A stretch of 64,000 bases of DNA from Candidatus Eiseniibacteriota bacterium (GTDB lineage: Bacteria; Eisenbacteria; RBG-16-71-46; CAZAMP01), in contig OZ245046.1 in assembly GCA_965224245.1 (NCBI GenBank), positions 2,720,001 to 2,784,000 of the forward strand, given 5' to 3'. The notes beneath the pieces are model-generated. The model was given only the letters and a program-made list of their open reading frames with translations. It made no database searches and was not told the origin of the DNA. A program made the position numbers and the translations under genes. This document shows, one piece after another, positions 1 to 9,556 of this stretch (the first letter of the stretch is position 1; every line of letters starts with the position of its first letter).

Positions 1-87
1 GGCGAGGTCACCTCCGAGGACGGGAGCACGTCGGACCTGAAGGTCGACTTCGCGAACCTGACCGCCGCGTTCAACTGGTACTGGTAG
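1..87 (+). CDS. 3' end of a probable outer-membrane beta-barrel protein (partial)
   Basis: Frame 1 reads GEVTSEDGSTSDLKVDFANLTAAFNWYW* (TAG 85-87). The alternating hydrophobic last strand ending in an aromatic residue is typical of a BAM beta-signal. Confidence 0.55.
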   Translation, partial: GEVTSEDGSTSDLKVDFANLTAAFNWYW

Positions 88-124
88 GCCCGCCGCGGAT
101 GGCCGATCGGCGCCGGCAGCCACG

Positions 125-133
125 TGGTAGAAT
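125..133 (+). promoter_or_regulatory. Extended -10 sigma70-type element (TGgTAGAAT)
   Basis: TGnTAGAAT lies about 50 nt upstream of ATG 184, which has an AGGAGG RBS. Confidence 0.45.
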
Positions 134-183
134 CGATCGATCGCGATCCGCCTCTCCGACACACCGCAGGAGGTCGTCGTCCC

Positions 184-2739
184 ATGTCGCTCCGATCCCG
201 CACCTCACGGATACCTCGGGCTCTGGGTCTCATGACCCTCGGCGCCGGCGCGATCGGCGCCGGTGTCCTCATGATCACCCCCGGCCGAGAGGCTCCCGTC
301 GCCCCGGACGGGGTTCCCGCCCCCACCGAGATCGCCCGCATCGCCGAGGAGCGCCGCGATCATCGGGAGGCACGCGACGCGTGGTACGAGAGCCTCCACC
401 TCGCCGCGCCCGGGGTCGACTGGCGAGAGATCGAGGCCGAGAATCGCGCTCGCCTCCGTGTCGAGCGCGCGGCGCACGATCGCTCGGACCGTGTCGGGGC
501 GGGTGCGTGGACCGAGATCGGAAGCCGCAACCAGGCCGGTCGCACACACGCCGCCGCCGTCTCGCCGGCCTCGGGCGCCCTCTACGTGGGCACGTCGCTC
601 GGCGGCGTGTGGCGCGGCACGATCGACGGCACCGACTGGACGCCGCTCTCGGACGGGCTCGGACTCGGATCGCACGGGCTCGTGGTCTCGTCCGGCTCGC
701 CGGAGGTCATCACGTCGGTCACCGACGGCGGTACCGTGCACGCGTCGGTGAACGACGGCGTGTCGTGGTTCGTCCCCTCCGGGCTTCCCAACCGGATCAA
801 CGAGTGCCGGCGCGTGATCGCCGACGCGGCCGTGCCCGGCCGCGTGTATCTGCTGGTCCGAGGCAACGACTACGTCGACGACGTCCTGACCTATGGGAAC
901 TTCGTCCTCCGCTCCGACGACGGCGGGCAGTCGTACACGCGGATGCACATCGAGGGCTACTGGCCCATCTGCGACGTGTGGATCGATCGCGTCGCCGGGG
1001 GCGATCTGTATCTGATGGCCGGCAGCACGATGTCCGTCTCCACGGACGGGGCCGCGTCCTTCTCGACCGTCGGCACCGCCGCCCTGACCACCGACCGCGT
1101 GATCCTCACGGGCTCCGAGGCGGGTGCGCCCACGTTCTACGCGGCGTTCCTGAACGGCTCACAGTGGGAGCTCTGGCGCTCGACGGACGGCGGGACGAGC
1201 TGGGCCTACGGGTACGACATCCACGACTGGTGGGAGACGCTGGCCGCGTCGATCACGAATCCGAACCTCGTCCTCTTCGCCGGCGTCGAGTGCTGGCGGT
1301 CCACGAACGGCGGCGGCTCGTTCGCCAAGGTCAACAACTGGTGGGACTACTACGGCGATCCGGTCACGAAGCTGCACGCGGACTTTCCCGGCATGGACTG
1401 CGTGATGGTGGACGGCCAGGAGACGTTCTTCCTGAACACCGACGGCGGTACGTTCAAGTCGATCGACGGCGTCGCGTCGGTGACGAACCTCTCGCTCGAC
1501 GGGCTCGGAATCAGCCAGTACTACTCGGTGTTCACCAGCGACTCGAACCCGTATCTCATCGTGGCCGGCGCTCAGGACCAGGGCTATCAGCAGTCCGTAC
1601 CGGGAGCCGCCCCGTTCCTCGACTTCGCGCAGCTCATCTCCGGCGACTACGGGCACCTGACGTCGACCGTGCGCGATCACAACCTCCTGTTCAGCGTCTA
1701 TCCCGGGTTCGTGCTGGTCCAGAACCGGGAAACGGCGCCGCAGGGCCTCATCCAGGTGGACTTCCCGGCCGGCGCCTCGTACAGCTGGATGCCGAACATC
1801 GAGGCCGATCCCACCGATCCGGAGGTGTTCTACTTCTGCGCCGACCATCTGTGGCGCTACGAGCACGTGTCGGGCGCGACCTGGTCACAGACCCAGCTCC
1901 CACAGGACTTCACGGTCGCGGGCGGCGCGTTCCTGACCGCGCTCGGCATCTCGCCCGGCAACCCCGCCTACCGCTACGCGATCACGAACTCGGGCAAGCC
2001 CTGGTACTCGCACGACGGCGGCGCCTCGTGGACCGCGTCGGCCGACGGCGGTCCCGGCGCACACTACTTCTACGGCACCGACATCCTCGTCTCGCCGACC
2101 GACCCCCTGATCGCGTACGCCGGCGGCAGCGGCTACTCCGGTCCGGCGGTGTATCGCACGATCGACGGCGGCGTCACCTGGCAGGCGATGGGTGACGGGC
2201 TGCCGTCGACGCTCGTGTTCGGCCTCGCGTTCGACGACGACGTGGATCAGACACTCTTCGCCGCCACCGAGGCGGGTCCGTACGCGTACCTGTCTGGTGC
2301 CGGGCAGTGGGTCTCGATCCTCGGGACCGCGCCCCTGACCACGTACTGGTGCGTCGAAGGCGTGCCCGCGATCGACGTCGTGCGCTTCGGCACGTACGGC
2401 CGTGGCATCTGGGACTTCGACGCGCTGTCGCCGGTCGCGGTGGCGGACGCGGTGGATCCGTTCGCCGGCCTGGCGGTATCGGTGACGCCGAACCCCGCCT
2501 CGTCGGCGGCCGGCATCGGCTTCTCGCTGGACCGGGAGGCCTCGATCGACGTGGAGGTGTACGACGTCACGGGACGGCGGCTGGCGACCCCGTTCACGGG
2601 TGTTCGACCGGCGGGTGATCACACGATCCGATTCGATCTCGTCACGTCGGCGGGTCGACCGCTGGAGACGGGGGTTTACGTCGTCCGCGTGGCCACCGGT
2701 CGGGCGCAACGTACGGCCAAGCTGCGCGTGATCCGATGA
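184..2739 (+). CDS. Secreted BNR/Asp-box beta-propeller protein (VPS10/glycosyl-hydrolase-like) with T9SS/FlgD-like C-terminal domain
   Basis: N-terminal hydrophobic segment; repeated Asp-boxes (SVNDGVSW, RSDDGGQSY, RSTDGGTSW, RSTNGGGSF, SHDGGASW, RTIDGGVTW); 'GTYGRGIW'; CTD 'VTPNP...VYDVTGRRL...GVYVVRV...KLRVIR'. ATG 184 chosen for its AGGAGG RBS. Confidence 0.8.
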   Translation: MSLRSRTSRIPRALGLMTLGAGAIGAGVLMITPGREAPVAPDGVPAPTEIARIAEERRDHREARDAWYESLHLAAPGVDWREIEAENRARLRVERAAHDRSDRVGAGAWTEIGSRNQAGRTHAAAVSPASGALYVGTSLGGVWRGTIDGTDWTPLSDGLGLGSHGLVVSSGSPEVITSVTDGGTVHASVNDGVSWFVPSGLPNRINECRRVIADAAVPGRVYLLVRGNDYVDDVLTYGNFVLRSDDGGQSYTRMHIEGYWPICDVWIDRVAGGDLYLMAGSTMSVSTDGAASFSTVGTAALTTDRVILTGSEAGAPTFYAAFLNGSQWELWRSTDGGTSWAYGYDIHDWWETLAASITNPNLVLFAGVECWRSTNGGGSFAKVNNWWDYYGDPVTKLHADFPGMDCVMVDGQETFFLNTDGGTFKSIDGVASVTNLSLDGLGISQYYSVFTSDSNPYLIVAGAQDQGYQQSVPGAAPFLDFAQLISGDYGHLTSTVRDHNLLFSVYPGFVLVQNRETAPQGLIQVDFPAGASYSWMPNIEADPTDPEVFYFCADHLWRYEHVSGATWSQTQLPQDFTVAGGAFLTALGISPGNPAYRYAITNSGKPWYSHDGGASWTASADGGPGAHYFYGTDILVSPTDPLIAYAGGSGYSGPAVYRTIDGGVTWQAMGDGLPSTLVFGLAFDDDVDQTLFAATEAGPYAYLSGAGQWVSILGTAPLTTYWCVEGVPAIDVVRFGTYGRGIWDFDALSPVAVADAVDPFAGLAVSVTPNPASSAAGIGFSLDREASIDVEVYDVTGRRLATPFTGVRPAGDHTIRFDLVTSAGRPLETGVYVVRVATGRAQRTAKLRVIR

Positions 2740-2821
2740 CGGGGCGGGCGGGCCCGGCGAGCCAGCGCGGGCACCCGGGCCGCTTGCCCTCGAGGCGACC
2801 GGACGGCTAATCTCCGTCGCC

Positions 2822-3577
2822 ATGAAGCACCTCATCTGCGACATCGACGGCGTCCTCCTCCGGGACAACACGTTGATTCCGGGGGCCGACACGTTCATCC
2901 GACGCGTTCGGGAGCGGGAGATCCCCTATCTGCTCCTGACGAACTACCCGTCGCAGACCGCCCAGGACCTCCACAACCGGGTCGTCTCGGCGGGGCTCGA
3001 CGTCGAGCCCGATCGCTTCTACACGTCGGCCATGGCCACGGGGGCGTTCCTGGCCCGCCAGGAGGGACGCAAGGCGTTCGTCATCGGAGAGGGCGCGTTG
3101 ACGCACGAGCTGTACGCCTCGGGCTTCACGATCACCGACGTCGACCCCGACGTGGTCGTCATCGGCGAGACCCGGGCCTACAACTGGGACATGATCCGAA
3201 AGGCGTCGCAGCTCATCATGCGCGGCGCCCGGTTCATCGCCACGAATCCCGACGTCGCGGGACCCGACGGTCATCCGGCGTGTGGCGCACTCTGTGCCCC
3301 GATCGAGCGGATCACCGGCAAGCAGCCGTACTACATCGGGAAGCCGAACGCATGGATGATGCGCGCGGCGTTGAACCGGCTCGACGCCCACTCCGAGGAC
3401 ACGACGATGGTCGGGGACAACCTCGCCACGGACATCCTGGCCGGCATCCAGGCGGGCATGACGACGATCCTCGTCCTGACCGGGGTGAGCCGGATCGCCG
3501 ATCTCGATCTGTACCCGTACCGCCCGACGCACGTGTTCGAGTCCGCGGGCGACATCGACACGTTCGACACGGCGTGA
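2822..3577 (+). CDS. nagD: HAD-IIA family hydrolase (NagD/UMP phosphatase-like)
   Basis: Motif I CDIDGVL, LTN, ATNPD, IGKP, and motif IV VGDNLATDILAG; VLTGVS. Confidence 0.88.
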   Translation: MKHLICDIDGVLLRDNTLIPGADTFIRRVREREIPYLLLTNYPSQTAQDLHNRVVSAGLDVEPDRFYTSAMATGAFLARQEGRKAFVIGEGALTHELYASGFTITDVDPDVVVIGETRAYNWDMIRKASQLIMRGARFIATNPDVAGPDGHPACGALCAPIERITGKQPYYIGKPNAWMMRAALNRLDAHSEDTTMVGDNLATDILAGIQAGMTTILVLTGVSRIADLDLYPYRPTHVFESAGDIDTFDTA

Positions 3578-3607
3578 GCGTGCGCGTCGCGGTGGGGAGC
3601 GGCGACG

Positions 3608-4462
3608 CTACCGGGAGCCGCGGCCGAACATCGCCTTGACGAGCTCCACCACCGATTCGCGGATCTCGCTCCCGGTGGGCACGGTCGGATCGGCGGCGGT
3701 GGACACGTCGTCGTCCCGCACGTACGCGGGGCGCGGGCGCTCGCTGCCCGGCACGCCGGCGGCCATGACGAACGCGGCGATGTCGGCCAGCTCGTCGGCG
3801 TCACACCACGTCCCGTGCGCCCGGCAGCGGTCGATGATGATCCCCGATCGCACCCCGAAGTTCCGCCGCTGCATCATCGACCGGCAGACCGGACACCGCC
3901 GGTAGGCCACGTGGCGATCGAACGCCGCGCGACGCGCGGCGTCGCGGAACGGTCCGTCCTCGCCCGCGCGTGAGGGGGTGTCGTCGACGAGCTCACCTGC
4001 GCGGGCGACCAGCCTCGAGAACGTCTCCCGTGCGATCCACAGCCCCTCGCAGCGCGGGCATCGGTGGACGTAGGAGTCACCGGCGGGTACGATCTCGAGT
4101 GCCTCCTCGCAGACGGGGCAGTCGAAGCGGCTGCCGCACTCCAGCGGACGCTCGGGGCGAAACGCCACGCCGCACGCGGTGCAGAAACGATGATGATCGG
4201 CGTTGCGGGCGAAGCACTCGGGGCAGATCAGTCGCAGTCGCGCGTGCTCGCGAACGATCTCCGATCCGCAGTAGGTGCACGCACCCGCATCGGGTGGCAC
4301 GCCGGCACCGCAGCCCCCGCAGCGCGTATTCGGAACGTCCAGGCTGCGCGCGGTGACCTCGGACGTCGGAACGAGCGCCCCGCACGGGCAGCCGACGCGG
4401 TCGCCCCGGATCCCCTCCACGTCGTACTGGCGATGACAGTCGGGACACGCGACCAGCCGCAC
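3608..4462 (-). CDS. Multi-zinc-ribbon protein with two C-terminal zf-TFIIB-like domains
   Basis: About ten Cys/His knuckles (CPDC, CPC, CGGC, CTYC, CPEC, CTAC, CPVC, CPRC, CPVC, CRAH); 'CEGLW' and 'IIDRCRAHGTWCDADEL' resemble zf-TFIIB. GGAGG RBS before the GTG. Confidence 0.75.
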   Translation of the reverse strand: MRLVACPDCHRQYDVEGIRGDRVGCPCGALVPTSEVTARSLDVPNTRCGGCGAGVPPDAGACTYCGSEIVREHARLRLICPECFARNADHHRFCTACGVAFRPERPLECGSRFDCPVCEEALEIVPAGDSYVHRCPRCEGLWIARETFSRLVARAGELVDDTPSRAGEDGPFRDAARRAAFDRHVAYRRCPVCRSMMQRRNFGVRSGIIIDRCRAHGTWCDADELADIAAFVMAAGVPGSERPRPAYVRDDDVSTAADPTVPTGSEIRESVVELVKAMFGRGSR

Positions 4463-4570
4463 GGCACCCTCCGCGAGGACCCGATCGACGCCGGGCCGAT
4501 CCGCGGCGCCGGGCGGGTACCTCTCGAACGTCGGCAGCGCGTGGCCGTGCCTTTAGTCACCGGTTGCCGG

Positions 4571-5545
4571 TCAGTCGGGCGGAAGAACGACGAATCCGAT
4601 GGAGTCGACCGCGGCCGACCCGAAGAGGCCGATCCCGCCGTCCACGTGGAAGATGGGGCGCTCGACCCCGTCGCCCTGCGTCTGGCCGAACCCCGCTCCC
4701 CCGTTGAGCTCGGGCACCGAGCGGATGAGGTCGTACCAGTTGCGATCGAGTGCATTGATCCGGATCAGGTGGCGTCCCGCGTAGAAGATCGCGAACCAGG
4801 GCAGGCGGACCGATCCGCCCAGCCCCTCGAGCGCGGGCGAGCTGCCCTCGCGATCGAAGTCGTCCTCGTCGCCGAACTCGTCGAGCGGCGTGACGAGCTC
4901 GCTGTCGGGGTCGAGGCTCCGGATGCCCACCTGGAACGCCGGGACGTCCGGGCGCTCGAAGCGCGCCTCGAGGAGCCCCTCGCCGTACACGAGCTCGTTC
5001 TCGATGTAGACCTGTCCGTCCGAGAAGCTCGCCAGCTCGTCCTCCACCGTCGATCCGGTGTCGTCGAGAATCAGCCACGAGTCCACGCGAAACGGCGCCG
5101 GTGTCCGGGTCTCCGCCCGCGCGACGCGTCCGTCGGGCGCCTCGACGGTGAGCGTGTACGTGGTCTCGGCGAGGACCCGCGCGGTCCCGTTGCGGTTGCG
5201 GTACACACCCGGCGTCTCGGTGTCGAAGTACGCGATGCGCTCGCCTCCGCCCTCCACGTGCACGGTCGCCCCCACGATCGCCGACGCGTCGGCCGAGTAG
5301 GGCTCGTTCACCGCGGACGTCTCGGTGACCCGGACGATCGGGAACCGGTGGTTCACCAGGAGCACGGCATCGACCACGAGGAGCGGGTCTCCGATCGGGG
5401 CCAGCAGGTCGGCGGGGTCCCGATCGGTTGAGCACGCGGTCGGCAGCGCCAGCATCACCGCCGACACGACGAGCGTCAGGCGTGCCGGGAGGTCGCGCGA
5501 GCGGATGCATGGCGGGTGCGAGTCCCGATGTCGCTGGACGTGCAT
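4571..5545 (-). CDS. DUF4249-like lipoprotein partner of the TonB-dependent receptor
   Basis: Only the 3' part of the 816-aa ORF looks coding: lipobox-like LPTAC, 'LLVVDAVL', 'GATVHV', 'YTLTVE', and C-terminal 'HVDGGIGLFGS'. It lies directly downstream of the TBDR. Start uncertain. Confidence 0.7.
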   Translation of the reverse strand: MHVQRHRDSHPPCIRSRDLPARLTLVVSAVMLALPTACSTDRDPADLLAPIGDPLLVVDAVLLVNHRFPIVRVTETSAVNEPYSADASAIVGATVHVEGGGERIAYFDTETPGVYRNRNGTARVLAETTYTLTVEAPDGRVARAETRTPAPFRVDSWLILDDTGSTVEDELASFSDGQVYIENELVYGEGLLEARFERPDVPAFQVGIRSLDPDSELVTPLDEFGDEDDFDREGSSPALEGLGGSVRLPWFAIFYAGRHLIRINALDRNWYDLIRSVPELNGGAGFGQTQGDGVERPIFHVDGGIGLFGSAAVDSIGFVVLPPD

Positions 5546-5559
5546 GTCGTGATGCCCTC

Positions 5560-7821
5560 TCAAAACGAGACGTTGATGCCGAACGATGGAATGATGGGGA
5601 GCATCTTCGCGACCACCGGATCGACGGACGTGTCGGTGACGTCGTACTGGACGAACCACTCGTTGCGCCGGCTGTACAGGTTGAACACCTGAACGAACCA
5701 CTCCGCGTCGTACCCGAAGAAGCCGAAGTCGCGGGTCACGCTCACGTCCAGCCGGTGGTACGGCAACAGCCGCTTCGAGTTCCGATCCGCACTGAGGATC
5801 AGGCCCGATTCGACCGGCACCCCGGTGGCGGGATCGGTCAACGAGTAGCGTGCCGCGGCCGGCGTGAAGGCTTGCCCGGTGGCAGCCACGAACGCGCCCC
5901 CGAACGTCCAGCGACCGCGCTCGACGCGGGCGACGACGCTCACGTCGTGACGTCGATCGTACTTCGGAGGAAACGAGCGCCCATCGTTCAGCTCGGTGTA
6001 CCGGCGCCGCGACCATCCGAGCGAGTATCCGATCCAGCCGGTCACCGGACCCACCCGCCGCTCGGCGAACAGCTCCACGCCACGGGTGTACCCCTCCCCT
6101 CCGGTCACGAAGACGTCCGACGTGGCCGTGCTCTCGTCGTCGGCCGGGTTGCGGCTGTCGAGCTCGACGAGGTTCCGGAGATCGGTGTCGTAGGCCTCGA
6201 CGGACACCCGATACCGGCGCGACGGCCGCCACTCGAGTCCGGCCACGAGCTGACGCGACCGTCCGGGCTCGGTGAACTCGTCGATCGGAACGTAGAAATC
6301 GGCCGCGGCGAACCCCTCGGTCGCCACGAGCTGCAGGTACTGGTTGTAGACGCCGGCCGCGAGCTTGCCGGTCCATCTGGCGCCGAGCTCCTGCGTCAGC
6401 GTGGCGCGGGGCTCGATGAACGTCCGGCGGCCGTCGCTGATGTAGCGACTCCTGAGCCCCGCTCGGAGGACCGTACCCGCGCTGGCACGCCAGACGTCTT
6501 CTCCGAAGAGCACGTACGAGATCGGATCGGCCGCGAAGTCGAGCGTCTCGTCCTCGTTGAATCGCTGGCGAAGGCGGAAGTCGTACTGGGTCGCCTCCAC
6601 ACCGACCCGGAGCCGGTGCGCGTGCGAGGCCTCCCAGGACAGCTCGGCCTGGGCGGTGAGGTCGCGGAGTCCGTTCTCGAACCGGGCCCCCGTGGTCGCG
6701 ATGCTGAAAACGCTCACGCTCTCGTACTCGGTGCCCGACAGACGCGCGGTGCCCACGAGGTCGTCGGAGAAGCTGTGCGTGTACTCGCCGCTCATCGCGG
6801 TGTTGCCCCAGCGAAGATCCACGTACGTGGCCTCGTCGAAGTCGAACCGGAGATCGTCGCGCCCGGAGTAGACCGACCACACGAGCCGATCCCCACCGGC
6901 CGGCGTGAAGTTGATCTTGGCGTTGACGTCGTAGAAGTAGTAGGCGGGAACGTCGGTACCGCCGGACCGGATGGCGTCGAGGATCGGATCCAGGTACGTG
7001 CGACGGAGGCCGATGATCCACGAGCCCGATTCGTCGAGCGGCCCCTCCAGCGTCAGCCGACCGGTGACCAGGCTGACGCCGAGGTTGCCCTTGGCGCGGG
7101 TCCGACTGCCTTCCCGACCGCGCACGTCCAGTACCGCGCCGAGCCGGCCGCCGTATGCCGCCGGGTAGCCACCCTTGTAGAGCGTGACGTCGTCGACCGC
7201 GTCACCGTTGAACGTCGAGAAGAACCCGAACGCGTGTGTCGGGTTGTAGATCGGCACCCGGTCGAGGAGGATCAGCGTCTGATCGGGGCCACCGCCGCGA
7301 ACGTACAGCCCGCTGGAGATGTCCGACGCCGCCTGCACGCCTGGAAGGAGCTGAAGCGCGCGGATGGGATCGGCTTCCGCGACGCCGGGCACGCTCGACA
7401 GGAGCTGGCGGTCGACGTTCACGACCCCGGTGAGTCCCAGGTCCTCGCCGAGCCGATTCGCCTCCACCGTGACGCCATCCACCTCGATCGGCTCGGGCCG
7501 GAGTCGCACGTCGACGCGGAGGGCCGCCCGGCCGTCGGTGATCACGAACGGGCGCTCCAGGGTCTCGTAGCCCACGAACGAGACCGACAGCGTGTACCGG
7601 CCCCGGCGGAGCCCCTCGATGGCGTAGGACCCGTCGACATCCGACAGGACACCCTTGCGTGCCAGCTCGCCGTCGACCTTCACCGCCGCGTAGCCCATCG
7701 GCTCGCCGGACTCGGCGTCGAGGATGTGTCCCTCGATGGTGGCCGCGGGGACCGCGGCGGCGGCCAGTGAGACGCCGGCGGCGGCACGCATGGAGGAGGC
7801 GAGAAGGCGGCGAATCGTCAC
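5560..7821 (-). CDS. TonB-dependent receptor with N-terminal carboxypeptidase-regulatory-like domain
   Basis: 'IEGHILDAESGEPM', plug 'LQLLPGVQ...LYVRGGGPDQTLILLD...YNPTH.FGFFS', 'KGGYPAAYGGRLGAVL', 'YHRLDVS', and terminal Phe (GINVSF). Start GTG 7821 has a GGAG RBS; 7866 is an alternative. Confidence 0.88.
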   Translation of the reverse strand: MTIRRLLASSMRAAAGVSLAAAAVPAATIEGHILDAESGEPMGYAAVKVDGELARKGVLSDVDGSYAIEGLRRGRYTLSVSFVGYETLERPFVITDGRAALRVDVRLRPEPIEVDGVTVEANRLGEDLGLTGVVNVDRQLLSSVPGVAEADPIRALQLLPGVQAASDISSGLYVRGGGPDQTLILLDRVPIYNPTHAFGFFSTFNGDAVDDVTLYKGGYPAAYGGRLGAVLDVRGREGSRTRAKGNLGVSLVTGRLTLEGPLDESGSWIIGLRRTYLDPILDAIRSGGTDVPAYYFYDVNAKINFTPAGGDRLVWSVYSGRDDLRFDFDEATYVDLRWGNTAMSGEYTHSFSDDLVGTARLSGTEYESVSVFSIATTGARFENGLRDLTAQAELSWEASHAHRLRVGVEATQYDFRLRQRFNEDETLDFAADPISYVLFGEDVWRASAGTVLRAGLRSRYISDGRRTFIEPRATLTQELGARWTGKLAAGVYNQYLQLVATEGFAAADFYVPIDEFTEPGRSRQLVAGLEWRPSRRYRVSVEAYDTDLRNLVELDSRNPADDESTATSDVFVTGGEGYTRGVELFAERRVGPVTGWIGYSLGWSRRRYTELNDGRSFPPKYDRRHDVSVVARVERGRWTFGGAFVAATGQAFTPAAARYSLTDPATGVPVESGLILSADRNSKRLLPYHRLDVSVTRDFGFFGYDAEWFVQVFNLYSRRNEWFVQYDVTDTSVDPVVAKMLPIIPSFGINVSF

Positions 7822-7909
7822 GGTCGTTCTCCGGGGTCGACGGTGGCATGCGAGGGTGTACCCCATCGGCGGCCGCGAGTTTCCTCGGACCGGGGGCGCT
7901 CCCGCCCCC

Positions 7910-9556
7910 TCACCGCTCGACCGTGCGCGGCGGGGCGACCAGGGACCGGTCCCGCTCGAAGTCGTGGAGCGTGCGGCGCCGGAGATCGCTCAGGGCGAGC
8001 TGATACGAGATGATCGCGTCCAGGTGATCGGTCTCCGCGCGTGTGAGGCGATCCCGGTCGTCGGCCAGGTCCTGGGCGGTGATGTCGCCGTTCTCGAATC
8101 GCGTGGAGCTGATCTCGAACGCCCGCTCGGCGACGGCCTGGCTCCGCGCCAGGAGCTCGATGCGCCGCTTCGATTCGTTCACGCGCGTGACCGCATCCCG
8201 CGCCTCGCGGGCGATCGTCCGGATACGATCCTCACGATCGATCAGGCGCGACTGGAGCTGAGCGTCGGCGATCGCCCGCTCGGCATCGCTGATCCCCGAG
8301 TCCCACAGCGGCACGTTGATCCGGAGCACGAGCCCCTGCTCGGCCGGCCGCCGGCGGAGATCCTCGAAGCTCGAGTCGAGGCGGTCCCAGAGCGAGGAGC
8401 CGGTGTCGAGCGCTCCATCGCTGATTCCCCGGAGCCCGTACGACAGCTGGAGCTCGGCGGAGATCCGGCCGTCGGCACCGCTCTCCTCGGCGCTCAGCTC
8501 GGCGAGGCGCACGTCGGTGTCGAGATCACGGAGCTCGGGTCGATTGGCCAGCGCGCGCGCGACGGCGTCGGTCTCCTCCACGGTGATCGGCCGCACGTCG
8601 AGCTCGACGCGCACGACGACGTCACGCTCGTTCGGAACGCCGATCGTGCTCTTGAACTCGTCGGCGACGCGGCGCTCCTCGGCCTCCCGCGTGAGGACCG
8701 TGTTCTGACTCTGCGCGTGGTCGACGTCGAGCTGGAGCGCCTCCACCTCGGGAATCAGCCCCGCCTCGAACTTCGCGCGGGCCGTGGCCAGCGACGCCTC
8801 CTTGCGCCGGGCATCGCCGCGTGCCAGCTCGAGCTCTCGCCGCGCGCGATAGAGCGCGTAGAACCGATCCGTCACGTCGTGAACCAGATCCAGCTCCGAC
8901 TGGGTGTAGCGCCGCTCGGCGCGCTCGAGCTCCAGCCGGGCGCGCTCGAGCGCCAGGCGGCGGGAGTTGGGCACCAGGAGCGGCTGCACGAGCCGGATGC
9001 CCACGCTGTTGAACGACGTGCGCGTCTTGCTCGTGGTCTCGATGATGTCGTCGAATACCGTGTCGGTGCGGTCGGATGCGGACGCGCTCAGGCTGAGGCG
9101 GCCGCCGGTGGGGAGCGGCTGTGCCAGCTCCAGCATGCTCCGCCAGTCGGTCGCGCCGTACGTCGTGTAGATCGGGAGGCCCAACGAGTCCTCGCTGCTG
9201 CCGACCGAGGAGCTGATGCTGGGCGCGTCCAGGGCCAGCGATGCGTTGAGGCGCTGACGTCCCCGGGCTGCGTCGGCGCCGCGGCGAGCCCGGAGGTATG
9301 CGAGCTCCCGCTGCCGGGCCGCCGGGCTGCGCGCGAGCGCGATCGAGATCGCGTCGGCGAGCGAGAGCTGGAGCGTGGCACCCGGCTCCACGTCGATCTC
9401 GGCCGGCTGGGCCTTCGCCGGCGGCGACATCCCGGTCACCCCGACCGCGACGCCGGCCACGATGGTCAGGCTCACCGTGATCGCCGCGCGGGTCGCTCTC
9501 GCGGCGACGGTGCCGGGGCGGCGCGGGCTCCGGAGTCCGCGAGGTCGCTCACTCAT
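7910..9556 (-). CDS. TolC-family outer membrane efflux protein
   Basis: 'LSLADAISIALARSP', 'LAQPLPTGG', 'LVQPLL', 'KFEAGLI', 'ALANRPEL', 'INVPLWDSG', 'RFENGDIT': two OEP repeats. Confidence 0.85.
   Translation of the reverse strand: MSERPRGLRSPRRPGTVAARATRAAITVSLTIVAGVAVGVTGMSPPAKAQPAEIDVEPGATLQLSLADAISIALARSPAARQRELAYLRARRGADAARGRQRLNASLALDAPSISSSVGSSEDSLGLPIYTTYGATDWRSMLELAQPLPTGGRLSLSASASDRTDTVFDDIIETTSKTRTSFNSVGIRLVQPLLVPNSRRLALERARLELERAERRYTQSELDLVHDVTDRFYALYRARRELELARGDARRKEASLATARAKFEAGLIPEVEALQLDVDHAQSQNTVLTREAEERRVADEFKSTIGVPNERDVVVRVELDVRPITVEETDAVARALANRPELRDLDTDVRLAELSAEESGADGRISAELQLSYGLRGISDGALDTGSSLWDRLDSSFEDLRRRPAEQGLVLRINVPLWDSGISDAERAIADAQLQSRLIDREDRIRTIAREARDAVTRVNESKRRIELLARSQAVAERAFEISSTRFENGDITAQDLADDRDRLTRAETDHLDAIISYQLALSDLRRRTLHDFERDRSLVAPPRTVER

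Noticed and set aside
2742-2789. Imperfect GC-rich inverted repeat after the BNR protein gene as an intrinsic terminator
   Set aside because: It has no U-tract, such stems arise easily at this GC content, and the right arm overlaps the putative nagD -35.
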